Shown here piece after piece: positions 49,597 to 62,711 of a stretch of DNA of 63,572 nt. Below the pieces are notes generated by a model. That model was not told the DNA's origin, did no database searches, and saw only the letters and a list, made by a program, of their open reading frames with translations. Origin of the DNA: Octopus bimaculoides. Taxonomy: Eukaryota. A program made the position numbers and the translations under genes. Each line of letters begins with the position of its first letter. The first letter of the stretch is position 1. The stretch is from assembly GCF_001194135.2 (NCBI RefSeq), contig NC_068998.1, forward strand, positions 35,212,031 to 35,275,602. The letters are read 5' to 3'.

Positions 49597-50764
49597 TATT
49601 ATTATTATTATTTCTCTTTATCACAGGTTTTGTTGGAGCTACTGGAGTCTTGCATGCATAGCGGGCTTGCTATCTGCAGCCTACAGTACCATGCTAACCA
49701 TTTTTTTCAGCTATCTAATACTTTCCTGATTATTCTGGCTGTGCTAAGGAGGCAAACCCTTTGTAATAGTTTTACTGGGCACTCTATTCCAATTTCCTTC
49801 ATACTCCCCTTGATGCCTTCTGATATTGTTCCCAAGGACCCAACAATAATTGGCATTATCTTCACCTTCTTCATTTTCCATAGCCAGGCTATTTCGTACT
49901 TAAGAGGGTTGTATTTATCTATCTTTTCGCCTTCCTTCTTGACTACTCATGAGTCAAAGGGGCATACAACATCAACTATATAGCATATGTGGTGCACCTT
50001 GTCCACACCACTAGGTCCAGTCTGTTATGCTCTAGCACCTGACCTGTTTGGATTGGAAAATCCCAGAGGATTTTGGTAAGTCTCCGACTCCGCCACTCTC
50101 TGCAGTTTGTGTTCATACCACGTCTTGCCTCTCTCTAACCCCCACATTTTGCACAATTTCCAATGTAGTACTTTCGTTACCTGATCATGTCACCACAACT
50201 TGTAGTGGCTTTGGGCAAGTCTAGGACATTCATTCGTGATATGGGCAATTGTTTCATCCACTCTATTGCAGATGTGACACAACAGAGACACTTGCTCATT
50301 CCTAGGGGTCATCCTCTAGTCTGTGGCCAAAGCTTGGTCTTGCATTGCCAGTATAATGCTCTCAGTCTCTTCTTTTTTTAGGGTTCCTTTCATTAGCCAA
50401 TCCTATTTTTCCCAACAACTTCTGTTGTGGCTACATGGAATTGATTGTGTAGTCACTTCTTGCATAATTCTTCTTCATGTCCTTTTTGTACTTCTTCCTT
50501 TGTTTTCCCTTTTTTCTCTGCTTTCAATACTCCCTCGTTCCCAACTGTTACTAGCAAGGTTTCCTTACTTTGGGCTAAGTATATCATTAAACTCTCGAGT
50601 TCGATACACACACAGTCTTCCACACTCATTAGTCCCCTTCCTCCATTTGCTCTCTTCATGTATAGGCAATCAGTGTTTGCATGTGGATGATGGGCTCCAT
50701 GCATCATTAGGAGCTTTCTTGGCTTCCTGTCCATTTCCTTTATCTCCTCTTCTGTCCACTTCAG

Positions 50765-50765
<1 letters not shown>
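49597..50765 (-). mobile_element. Dong/R4-clade RLE LINE, 5'-truncated
   Basis: KWTEEEIKEMDRK...DCLYMKRANGGRGLMSVED, CCHC CHICNRVDETIAHITNEC, IVDVVCPFD...EKIDKY, PIIVGSLG. (TAA)n on both sides. Confidence 0.92.
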
Positions 50766-50889
<124 letters not shown>

Positions 50890-51248
50890 CATTGGTGAGG
50901 TAAAAGCTATTAGCTGTTAGGCTAAATGACTTGATGCATTTATTTTACATTGTTTTAGATCTTAAATTCAGAGCTCACCCAGGTCAGCTGGGTGAGATAA
51001 AGTAAGGGCCAGTCAAATACTGAGGTCATTTAAATTTTGACACCTTCTTGTTCCAGTGATAGACATCACCTTTATCATCATCATTGTTGTTAAAACAATA
51101 GAGAAGCAGAAGTAGCATTGAGGCCAATTAAACATTTTTCCTAAGAATATGTCAGTAAATTCCAGGAATCTAGTAAAATGGTATTGGCCTTAGTTGGCAA
51201 CAATTAGTTCAACAGCAGTGTGTGATAAGCTGAGTTACTCAGAGATGT

Positions 51249-51668
51249 TTTTTACTTGTTTCAGTCATTAGGCTGCAGCCATGCTGGGGCACCACCTTGA
51301 AGAGCTTTTAGTTGAACAAATCGACCCCAGTACTTATCTTTTTAAGCCTGGTACTTATTCTATCAGTCTCTTATGCTGAACCACAAAGTTATGGGGATAT
51401 AAACACACCAACACTGATTGTCAAGTGGTGGTGGTGGTGGTGGTGGGGTAATCACAGACACAAACCCACCACCACCACCACCACCACATACGCACACAAA
51501 CACATGATGGGCTTCTTTCAGTTTTTCTCTGCTAAATCCACTCACAAAGCTTTGGTTAACCCAAGGCTATAGTGGAAGACACCTGCCCAAGGTGTCACAC
51601 AATGGGACTGAACCCAGAACCATGTGTTTGAGAAGCAAGCTTCTTACCACACAGCCACACCTATACCT
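51249..51668 (-). mobile_element. Family-1 tRNA-SINE with internal (GGT)n/(CCA)n
   Basis: Antisense tail, body and head; the internal repeat is here trinucleotide. Confidence 0.9.
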
Positions 51669-51689
51669 ATGAAGAATAGATAATTAGGA

Positions 51690-52440
51690 TTTTGTCATTT
51701 GTCTGACAGTGAGGAATGGAAAGAAAATGTTGTTGCTACTTGGACTGGAGACACCAGTGGCAATAACATAAATTCACTGTCAGATAAATTCACTGTCAGA
51801 TAAGGGCAAAGAATGAGTGTAGTTGTTATTGTTAGGGGAGAGCAGACATGATATAGGTGTGAGAAAAATCAAGTGAGTAGAGACAGCTGGAAACCTGGTA
51901 GATCCAAGGAATAGAAAGGCGTCGAGCTGGCAGAAACGTTAGCACGCCGGGCAAAATGCTTGGCGGTATTTCATCTGCCGCTATGTTCTGAGTTCAAGTT
52001 CCGCCGAGGTCGACTTTGCCTTTCATCCTTTCAGGGTCGATTAAATAAGTACCAGAGACGCACTGGGGTCGATACAATCGACTTAATCCATTTGTCTGCC
52101 CTTGTTTATCCCCTCTGTGTGTAGCCCCTTGTGGGCAGTAAAGAAATAAGATCCAAGGAATAGATACTGATATAGTAGTATTTGAAAAGACAAAGAGGAT
52201 GCAGCATAACTGAGAGCATGTCTGTAACTTTATGCCAAGCATCAAAGTAGCCTTCCTTTGTGCATGCAACAACTGCATCATCCCAGATATGAGAGCAGTA
52301 TTCTATTATGGGGCTCATATGAGCTTTGTAGAGGGTTAAAAGTTGTGGAGAGGAGGTTGAAGAATATTCTGGTCCTGAAGAGGAAGATTAGCCTGTATAC
52401 TTTCACACTACACAGGCAAGCAAACACCTCGAACTGCTTC
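51690..52440 (-). mobile_element. Decayed CR1/Jockey-like LINE 3' fragment interrupted by a SINE
   Basis: TLYKAHMSPIIEYCSHIWDDA, a motif typical after the RT thumb domain. Confidence 0.6.
51916..52148 (+). mobile_element. Family-2 tRNA-SINE, young, with perfect 16-bp TSD
   Basis: CpG-rich head ggcgtcgagctggcagaaacgttagcacgccggg. TSD AGATCCAAGGAATAGA at 51900-51915 and 52149-52164. Confidence 0.95.
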
Positions 52441-53426
52441 TACTAAAGGTTTGTGACCTTGTACCAATGTAAGAAATCATTGCTACTGTTATTGCTAGCA
52501 TCATCATCATCATTATCTCATCACCTTCAGCACATTTTTTTAATTTATGTCTTTAGCATTGATTTATTTATTTACATTGAAAAAGAAAAAGATTTTCTAC
52601 AATTTTCTTTTTCTTTTTACAAAATCAGAAAAACAGAACAAATATTGATTCCTTTCTTTAACACAAGATTTACTAGAATTTGGAATGAGGTTGTGTGTTA
52701 TTCCCTTTTTGTAGCATTTAGCAATGTAAATCTAGTGAAATCACTACATTTGGCAACTAGAACCAGTTGGTAGTGTCAGATATGTCTCTACTGTGTCTGA
52801 ACTGCTGATTTCTACTAGTAGGGAAATTACAAGTGCTAGAGAGGTAAGATCCCTAATTAATTTAACCTGAGAAAGTAAATTATGAGAACAAGTGAATGCT
52901 TAAAAATACTGCAGTTGAAGCTGGAAGTGAAATAGAAAAAAAATATATACTTTTCCCTGCTATTCTTATTGAGACAACCTGTCTTTCTAACTCCTCCCCC
53001 TACTCCACCCTTGCTCATTAATTGTTGTGTTCCCCTCCCTCTCTATTCCTACTCCCCTTTTTTGTACCCTTGTGAACCTCCCTGCACACAAAATGTCCCT
53101 GTTGATTTTTCTTCCCCACAACATATCTTTCTAACACCCCATCTCCTTCTACNNNNNNNNNNNNNNNNNNNNNNNNNNNNNNNNNNNNNNNNNNNNNNNN
53201 NNNNNNNNNNNNNNNNNNNNNNNNNNNNNNNNNNNNNNNNNNNNNNNNNNNNNNNNNNNNNNNNNNNNNNNNNNNNNNNNNNNNNNNNNNNNNNNNNNNN
53301 NNNNNNNNNNNNNNNNNNNNNNNNNNNNNNNNNNNNNNNNNNNNNNNNNNNNNNNNNNNNNNNNNNNNNNTATATATATATTAATAAATCTCAAGGTAGC
53401 AAAAAAATTTTAGAAATTCTATTTGC

Positions 53427-53460
53427 CGCCAGTGGTCTAGCGAGAAGAAAAAAAACTAGT
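53427..53460 (+). mobile_element. Helitron-like 3' terminus
   Basis: Imperfect hairpin cgccagtggtctagcg, a 13-nt spacer, then CTAG|T. Most of the body would lie in the adjacent gap. Confidence 0.4.
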
Positions 53461-53468
53461 CCATAGAC

Positions 53469-53538
53469 TATATATTATTCATATAAATACAGTGTACATA
53501 AATTTAAATGTACACTGTATTTATATGAATAATATATA
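53469..53538. repeat. Perfect 31-bp inverted repeat with 8-nt spacer
   Basis: tatatattattcatataaatacagtgtacat / atgtacactgtatttatatgaataatatata. Confidence 0.95.
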
Positions 53539-53559
53539 TATCTATATAACTGAGGTAAG

Positions 53560-53880
53560 CCATGTATTTCCTCTGCAGCAAGACACCTGTTTCTGTCCCA
53601 CTATTCATACACTAACCTCTCGACGCCTAGCGCAAAAGTCCTCACCCCTCATTTGAGGGATCTTGTCTTGCAGCTCATTCGATGACCTCACTGCTGCATA
53701 TGATCACACCCAATACACTCTGTAAAGTGGTTGGCATGAGGAATGGCATCCTGCCATAGAAACCATGCCAATGCAGACAGAAGAGCTTGGCACACATTTC
53801 TGACTTGACAGCTACTGTCAGACCATCCAGCCCATGCCAGCATGGAAGGAGGATGTTAAATGATGAAGATGACGACAACA
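53560..53880 (+). mobile_element. RTE-type 3' tail fragment
   Basis: tacactctgtaaagtggttggcatgagg...ccatgccagcatggaagg...ttaaatgatga. Confidence 0.7.
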
Positions 53881-53962
53881 GTTTTCTTCTTACATGTCAT
53901 TAAAACAAAAGTAATAATGAAATAAGAAAGCTATACGTCATAGACGTTGCATTTATGCATTA

Positions 53963-54352
53963 GGTGCAAGAGTGGCTGTGTGGTAAGAAGCTTGTTGCTT
54001 CCCAACCATATAGTTCCGGGTTCAGTCCCACTGCATCGCACCTTCTACTATATCTGACCAAAGTCTTGTGAGTGGATTTGGTTGATGGAAACTGTAAGAA
54101 GCCTGTTGTATATACATATATGTAATGTATATGTATACATGTGTGTATTTGTGTGTCTGTGTTTGTCCTTCCCCACCATCACTTGACAACCGATGTTGGT
54201 GTGTTTACATCCCCATATATCAGTGGTTCAGCAGTAGAGATCGATAGAATAAGTACTAAGCTTACAAAGAATAAGTCCTGGGGTTGATTTGTTCAATTAA
54301 AGGCAGTGCTCTAGCATGGCTACAGTCAAGTGACTGAAACAAGTAAAAGAGT
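53963..54352 (+). mobile_element. Family-1 tRNA-SINE
   Basis: Head ggtgcaagagtggctgtgtggtaag through tail gactgaaacaagtaaaagagta. Confidence 0.9.
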
Positions 54353-54816
54353 ACTCTCCCATTTTTGGACACATTTATTTTTAATTTTTACCCAACAAAT
54401 TCCTCTTATAATATCTCAAAATGTAGCTGAGCACTGATCCCTTTCAGTGAACTGAACCACATTCAATTTCGTCCAGAATTGAATTAATGAGAGAGCATAG
54501 AAGTGGGGTCACAAAAATAAAAAAAATATCTTTAAAATATCCACCTACTGCCATGGGTGAATGATTTACCAGATTAGTTGATACCCTGAAGTATTAACCC
54601 TCATCCATATTCTTAATTACAATGTTATTGGTATTTCTAATTATCTGGGGTTTTTTTAATCAGATCTTACAGGTATTATGGTTGTAGCTACTGTTTCTGT
54701 AAAACATGTTTGCTTTTCTTAATCTTAATATGCTTTAATGTTGATGGTTTTTATTGTCTTTCCGTTTTTTTTCTTTTTTAAATATATTTTTACTGATACA
54801 TCATCTTGTCTTCTAG

Positions 54817-54899
54817 GCTGGCGACCAAGAAGAACAATCGTATTTTGTTCATGGGGAGGGGAAGAACAGGGTCTTATTGGCTCTACAGAATGGGTTGAG
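54817..54899 (+). CDS. FOLH1: GCPII/NAALADase-like, internal exon E (catalytic EE motif)
   Basis: ttctag acceptor, gtaagt donor (54900), phase 1/0. (G)[27 protein letters not shown] matches '[28 protein letters not shown]'. The next exon was not found before the window end. Confidence 0.97.
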
Positions 54900-54907
54900 G
54901 TAAGTAC

Positions 54908-55031
<124 letters not shown>

Positions 55032-55614
55032 TTCATATATATATTCATTCATATATACATATACATGCATGTTTAAATATAACCATACATTTTCATTGCA
55101 TATGAAAAATGATCTTGTAAGCCTTAACACATGATGAATGCATCATCTTCAGTTAGTTTGTCAAGAAACCAGCTCAGTTGAAATCCACTCTGTGCAGACT
55201 ATTAGTAGTGAAATTGTGTGTATGAATAGTAAACCTACCTATATGCTTTGTCTTTCCCCTCTTCTTTCTTTGACTATGACAACAGTTCCTGTTGTCCTGA
55301 ATGACCTATCTGTGTACGTGGTGTTGTTTTTGCAGTCTCAACAAGTATAGCCAATGCATCTGTCCCGACTCCTTCCATTATTTCTATTGCATTATACTCC
55401 TGCTAAGCTTCAACATTACATACTCTTTGTTCCTTCAACACTCTGGAATCCTCTCACTCAACATCATGCTATTATCCCGAAGTACATCAACCTCACTGAC
55501 GTCAGTCTGTACAGGTCATGGGCTCTATTCCTCTTCCACTCCCTGAATAATCTATGATAATCATGACAACTGAATTTGTCAATCTTCCAAACATTCCCCC
55601 ATATCATGTATACA

Positions 55615-55673
<59 letters not shown>

Positions 55674-55815
55674 NNNNNNNNNNNNNNNNNNNNNNNNNNN
55701 NNNNNNNNNNNNNNNNNNNNNNNNNNNNNNNNNNNNNNNNNNNNNNNNNNNNNNNNNNNNNNNNNNNNNNNNNNNNNNNNNNNNNNNNNNNNNNNNNNNN
55801 NNNNNNNNNNNNNNN

Positions 55816-55866
<51 letters not shown>

Positions 55867-56956
55867 GGTCTCTGGGTATTTGTACATACCCTTGCCCTGA
55901 CATCATGTGATCATTGTAAACAAGCATTATCATGCAAGCAATTTGACTTGTTTCCAGTCTTCTGTAAGAAAAAGTCTGGCCATGGGGAATATTTCCTTGT
56001 TTGGAAACAGGTGAGGGTTGGTGAAAGGAAGAGTGTCCAGCTGTAGTAAATGTACTTCAGTCAATTTTGTCTGATGTTGAAAATGATGTTGATATTTATG
56101 TGTGGATGTGTGTATGTTATATTTGTATTCACATATACATGTATTGTATATCTAACAATGTGATAAATGGGATGAATGGTAAATTGGGTGAATGAGAAGA
56201 GTGGTCATACATCTTTAATTCACCAGTTTATTGTTAAAAGCTTGTAATAGAAACAACAGTCCAAAAGAGAAAAAAAAAAGCAGAGTAATATCAGAAAGTT
56301 CTGTTCATAAAAGTGACTCACTTGGACAGTTTCTGTTGTTGTGTGTAGATATCATGTATATATATTTATATATGTGTGTGTGTAAAGAGAGAGTGTGAGC
56401 ACATGAATATGAGTGTAGCCCTGTGCTGGTACGAGTTAGATCATTTAATGTTGCAAAGTCTTCTTATTTGGCAGGTCTGGCCAGCCACATCTGCTGATAG
56501 TGAATAGCACCTAATATGAACGTTTTCAATATGTTTTCTATTCTCTCTTATCTATCAGTTTTCTTTGCCATCACTCCTGTGTGTAACTCTCCACCTGTCA
56601 TTCACTCCTGTCTTTCACATTGTCCATCTACTTCTGTAAATCTTGTTCTTTTCATAAACCCCAAAATAAATGAGACAGATCTCACAAAATATCTTGAAAA
56701 TCCAGATATTTACTTGTAATTTTATTGTTCATATATATATAATAATTGAGATTCAGTTGAATTAGGTTCTTAAGCTGAGGCACCAAATCAATCTGGTATT
56801 ATCCACACAGTTCAAAGTAAGGTGAATAAAAGGCAAATAAGTAACAAGGATGTCAAGGTATTAATGCATTACATCCATTTCAGGTGGCTCCATTTAATCA
56901 ATCAATGCAAACATTACATCAATCTGAAATACACCACCTTCCTCGGATGCATAAGA

Positions 56957-57003
<47 letters not shown>

Positions 57004-57085
57004 ATACTTATATAAAGTATAATAACAAATATAAGTGGCACCACTGCCTATGTATATATGTAGTGTGTGTAAATATATATATATA

Positions 57086-57390
57086 TACTCTTGTTAAAAT
57101 CGTTTTTTACTGTGGTCATGCTGGAGCACTGCCTTTTATTTGAAGAAATCAACCCCCTGGACTTATTCTTTGTAAGCCTGGTACTTATTCTATCAGACTC
57201 TTTTGCCGAACTGCTAAGTTATGGGTACATAAACACACCAAGATTGATTGTCAAGTGACGGTGGAAGGACAAACACTGACACAAGCACAGAAATATATAC
57301 ATGCACACACACACACACACACNNNNNNNNNNNNNNNNNNNNNNNNNNNNNNNNNNNNNNNNNNNNNNNNNNNNNNNNNNNNNNNNNNNN

Positions 57391-57437
<47 letters not shown>

Positions 57438-57590
57438 CAGGCTTCTTTCAGTTTCCCTCTACCAAATCCACTCACATGGCTTCGGTCGGCTTGACACTAT
57501 AGTAGAAGATACTTTCCCAAGGTGCCACACAGTAAGACTGAACCCAGAACCATGTGGTTGTGAAGCAAGCTTCTTACCACACAGCCACAT
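57086..57590 (-). mobile_element. Family-1 tRNA-SINE with internal CA/TA tract (gap)
   Basis: Antisense tail tgtggtcatgctggagcactgcc through head cttaccacacagccac. Confidence 0.88.
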
Positions 57591-57611
57591 GTATGTGTGT
57601 ATGTATGTGTG

Positions 57612-57655
<44 letters not shown>

Positions 57656-59057
57656 ATATAAATGTAAATTGATAATGCATATTAATTACCAGGTTACTAA
57701 AAACGTGTCTCTCTAATTAGATACTACATTGATTTTCTGGGATTATTTTTCTGTAGAATTCAATAAATGATGCAACTGTAATATTTATACTATATTTAAT
57801 TCTTCCATACGAAGAAATTTAAGATAAATGCTTTAAATGTACATCATTTATAAATCTCTTCAAACTGCTCCATCTTGCTGCTAGGAATCCTGCTTGCAAT
57901 TAATGTTTTCTTTCGCATCTGGATACATCGTCGCAGGAGGCAGTGTTTGTATATACAATCTTTCAGCCCAATCATTGAGGCCCTCCATCAGGCCACGTTG
58001 TTTCTAGCGCATCATAAGCTGATTAATAGTTTTCATTTGTCATAAGTTAATTTAGGCTGGTGGAAAAAATGACAACCGTAATTACTTAACTCTCTGTATA
58101 CGATATATTTTAAGCATATTTGCATATACGTATGTATGCATGCATGCATTTATGTATGTATGTATGTATGTATGCCTCTGTGTGTGTGTGTGTGTTTATT
58201 TATGTAAGTTTGTACATTTGTATAGTCTTCTAGTTTTATTTCTGAAATTTCTCAGCAATGGAAAAAGAGCTTGTTACTAACTGAGAAATATAGCTTTTCC
58301 ATTAGAATTAAAATGACATCAACAGGATAGCTGTGCATGTATTTGTTTGGGATTTATTTGAGATTTATTAACTGCAGCATTCAAAGCCAACACTATGTAT
58401 GTGTGTACATACATATACATGCACACAAGCATCCACGCTTGCATATATGTACACATGTATACTTGTGTGCAAATATGGATGTCATTGTATGTGTGGCTAT
58501 GTATGTATATACGTATGATTTATTTATTTCTCTTCCTGGTTAGAGTTTTAGAGTTTGTGTTGACTGGCTGCCTGCACAGCGACTAAGTTGTAATGAAAAC
58601 ATTTTTATTTAAAGGTTCAAGTGAATGTAGGACAGGGTAGGATGGGGGAATGGCTACATTTAACACCTTTCCAAATTACTTCCCTACAGCAGATTTTTAC
58701 CTTCTCTTTTCTTTCTTCATTTTTCTATTTTGGATGCTGTCATCATAAAATTCAGAAGTTATTACTATAGAGTCGGTGTACTGAATGTCTGAAGCATGCT
58801 TTTCATCCCTTATGTTATATATAATTATTCTTACAAAATTATATTATGGAGCATATATAAAACATGCATGCTAATTTTTAATTACTACAAGTATTCTAGC
58901 ATGCTGCAACTTGTTGCATGTAAGATTTTAGTAGGATCTCCAGTATTGTCTGAGAACTAAAACACTAAATTGATAAAGAATTTGCTAAATTACTTCTTAA
59001 AATTTGATTTGCTTTTCAATAACCCTCTATGAAAGGATGTAACACACACTCACTACA

Positions 59058-59126
<69 letters not shown>

Positions 59127-59289
59127 ACACAAGCATGCACATATACTTACATATGTGTGTGCATACATCTATGCATACATGCGTACATAGTATGTTCCTA
59201 GAAAGCTTCAAATAACAGCAACATTGACAATCAGAGTAGCCTATCTTGAACTAGCAACCGGGATATGAACTCTCATTTTGAAATATATA

Positions 59290-59780
59290 CTTTTGTAATA
59301 CAGGAGCAAGACATAAAATCCCTGAGAACCATTGAGAACATGAGATGGTACCATCATGTTTTCAACAAAGAATTGCATGCATCATGCATCAGCCTGCATC
59401 ACACATGCATCACACATGCATCACACATGCATCACACATGCATCAGCCTGCAACCTCCCACCTCATAGCTATTCGTTGCATGTGCTGGTATGGACATGTC
59501 TTCCATCTCCCACTAGATCATCCTACCAGGGCTTTACTCTCATTTGACACAGTAGCTGCGGGCTAGAAGAATCCCCATGGCAAGCCCTACACCAGATGGT
59601 TTGATGCGATTGGGGAAGTTCACCAGAGGCTCAGCGTCACCTTGGAGGAAGCAGAGAGGGACCACCAGTGATGGAGAGCACTAGTGGACCTGGTTGGCTC
59701 TACACATGATGACATCTCTAGGACCACTAACCTGGGATGACCCCAGCACCATCAAGCAAGAGCATGAAGTAGAAGCAGCA
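59290..59780 (+). mobile_element. RTE-group LINE ORF C-terminus and 3' end
   Basis: IENMRWYHHVFNKEL...CWYGHVFHLPLDHPTRALL...GKPYTRW...WRALVDLVGST. Confidence 0.8.
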
Positions 59781-60116
59781 GCAGAAGATGCAGGCTCTTT
59801 AGAGTTAACGCTGAGGTTGTTGTTCACAGCATAAGTAACTTGTCTTAAAATGTCATCACAGTATTGTCTGCTTATGAGAATTGATGTTGTAGTTAGAACA
59901 TTGTATTACTAAATCGATAGAAAGGATAATACTGAACAAATATAAGAAGCTGTAGTGAAGTGGAGGGTATAACTACATAATATATGAGAGAACATTGATG
60001 GAATATACCTGTCAAGATGTCTATAAAATGTAAGCCTAACTGACCAGATATAATGATCTGGGACATAGAAAGAAATTGAGCTCAGTTGGTGAAATTAGTT
60101 GTCCAGCAGATGTTAA

Positions 60117-60551
60117 TATTGGTTTCAAATTTTGGCACATAGCTAACAAATTTGGATTACACTGACCCAAGTGCTCAACTGGTACTTATTTTATTAACCC
60201 CAAAAGGATGAAAGGCTAAGTTGGCCTCAATAGAATTTGGACTCAGAACTTAAAGATGGATAAAATACCTCTAAGCATTTTGCATAGTGTGCTAATGATT
60301 CTGTTAGCTTGTTGCCTTATGTGAGAAGATAATGTTGGTTTCAAATTTTGGACCAAGGCCAGAAATTTCAGGGAAGTGGGTAAGTTGATTGCATCAACCC
60401 CAGTACTCAACAGGTGTCTATTTTATCAACTCCAAAAGGAAGAAAAGCAAAGTTGACCATGGTGGAATTTGAACTCAGAATGTAAAGGCAAACAAAATGC
60501 TGCTAAGTGTTTTGCCCAGAGTGCTAATGATTCTGCCAGGTCACCACCTTA
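60117..60551 (-). mobile_element. Two tandem family-2 SINEs
   Basis: Two head-to-tail antisense copies (60117-60317 and 60335-60551), both with the ttggtttcaaattttgg tail. Confidence 0.85.
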
Positions 60552-60804
60552 ACATAGTATTAAAGATTAGTGGGAAAGAAAATCATCTATGCTGAACCGG
60601 AAAGAAATATGCTTTTACTCCATCCAGTCTATATTTTTAAACTTCTGTAATTATTGGAGCATGTGGTTAATTGACTAATTGCCTCAGTGCTAATTTTGTA
60701 AAATTATGTTTCACAAAATCATAATGTGCATACTTTACCAAAAGATTACAGCTAAATGCTGCAGCAGACACTGTCAGAATAATAATAATGATAATCATCT
60801 TCAT

Positions 60805-60990
60805 GATCATTTAACATCCGTTTTCCATGCTGGCATGCGTTTGATAGAAGCTGGTAAGGCCGTTAGGTACACCAGGTTCCATAATCTGTTTTGGCATGGT
60901 TTCTACAGCTGGATATACTCCCTAATACCAACCAATTTACTGGGTGTTTTTTAGGTGGCAGCATTGCTTTTTACATGGTACCAGCACTAA
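60805..60990 (-). mobile_element. RTE-type 3' tail fragment
   Basis: catttaacatccgttttccatgctggcatg...tttctacagctggat. Confidence 0.65.
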
Positions 60991-62197
60991 TGAAAATATG
61001 TAAAACATCCAAAAGGATTAGCATGTAATAAGATCCCTATATGCAGTGACATCCACACCTGCACCTGCATATAAACATTTGTACATACAAGAGTATTCCA
61101 ATGAAAGAATTTTGTTTCTAGATTGGAGAACAGCTTATTCTCTATTGAGGAGAAATTCATAAAGTAAAACCAGGAGACATACATACGTGCATACATAAGT
61201 ATGTATATACTTACATACATACATACATATATATACATATCTACATACATACTTACCTACCTACACACGTACTTTCATTATATAAAGTAAACTCACACAC
61301 ACATACACACACAAAAACCTATAATAAAATATATTCCTTTTGAAACATATGTATAAGCATAAGATATATTTGATACAGACATACATATGAACATATGCAA
61401 CCAATTGTGTATTTGTTTGTTTGTTTGTGTGTGTGTGTGTGAAATGTTATGTCTGCAAAAATACTTAAGACTTATACATATATGTATGTCTGTATTGACA
61501 TGAAAGAAAAATTTCTTTTGAGAACTCCTCTATTATATATCATTTTTGCCCATAATTCACCCTTAGACAGCCATTTAACTGTTATCAAGTTCTCAACTGT
61601 TATCAAATCAAAATTTCCGAACTAATCATATGGCACTTCTCGGTGGCACATTGATTTCCAGTTGATTCATCATGTTAATACAGTAATTAGTTTCTAGGAA
61701 TGCTCTACACAAATTCTTGTTTTATTCATCCAAGCTGATGTGCCTGCTGAATATTAACCACAGGTGGATATGAAAGCTGCAGGGAGCTTACTTCTTTTTT
61801 AATGGAAGTAATTTTTATCTCAGCAAACTAGAGAGTTCTGAGTAAAATTAACTGGTATTTGTTTAATTTGTGGGGAACATGTGTAGATAGTGAGTACTAC
61901 ATATTCACACTTAAGTGTATGTATGTGTGTGAGAGAGAGAGAGTGTGTGTTTTATGTTATTCTCTATCTCTGTTTCACACTTTATCCTATAGACCTATGA
62001 GTAAATGAGTTCAAGCCATAATCATCCCATCTTTTTCATTGTTTTTGCCTTAGTGTATTGGAAACTGTATTATCTAGTGTGTTGTGTATATATTTAAACC
62101 AGCAATGTGTGATGTGAGGGAGATTTAGTTACCCTTTCCAGCATATAGAGTGATGACATAGAGGCTCCTTCTGATAGACTTATCAATCCTGAAAAAT

Positions 62198-62235
<38 letters not shown>

Positions 62236-62419
62236 CCTTTCTACTATAGGCACAAGGCCTGAAATTTGTGGGAGGGGACCAGTTGATTACATCAACCTTT
62301 GTGCGTAATTGGTACTTAATGTATTGACCCTGGTGGCATTTGAACTCAGAACATGAAGGCAGACGAAATACCACTAAGCATTTCACCTGACATGCTAACA
62401 GTTCTGCCAGCTCACTGCC

Positions 62420-62421
<2 letters not shown>
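62236..62421 (-). mobile_element. Family-2 SINE in (AAT)n
   Basis: cctttctactataggcacaaggcc...ctgccagctcactgcc, flanked by long (AAT)n on both sides. Confidence 0.88.
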
Positions 62422-62469
<48 letters not shown>

Positions 62470-62711
62470 CATCATCATCATCATCATCATCATCAGTCTA
62501 CTTCATTTTTTTAATAGAAGTCCTATATTATCTATAAAGAAAAATGAAGTAGACTGACATACCAAATTTCAAACCCGTTGAAGGTACGCGAGATACGGAA
62601 ATATTGTGTTCAGCAAATTTAATTATGGAACTCTTCTTCTTTATTTACATATTCCCTCCAGAGGAGTCATAGCAGTCCTATATTATCTAATAATAATAAT
62701 AATCATAATAA

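Noticed and set aside
51916-51995. tRNA genes at SINE heads
   Set aside because: A/B boxes are present, but they continue into SINE bodies and tails with TSDs and lack a complete cloverleaf.
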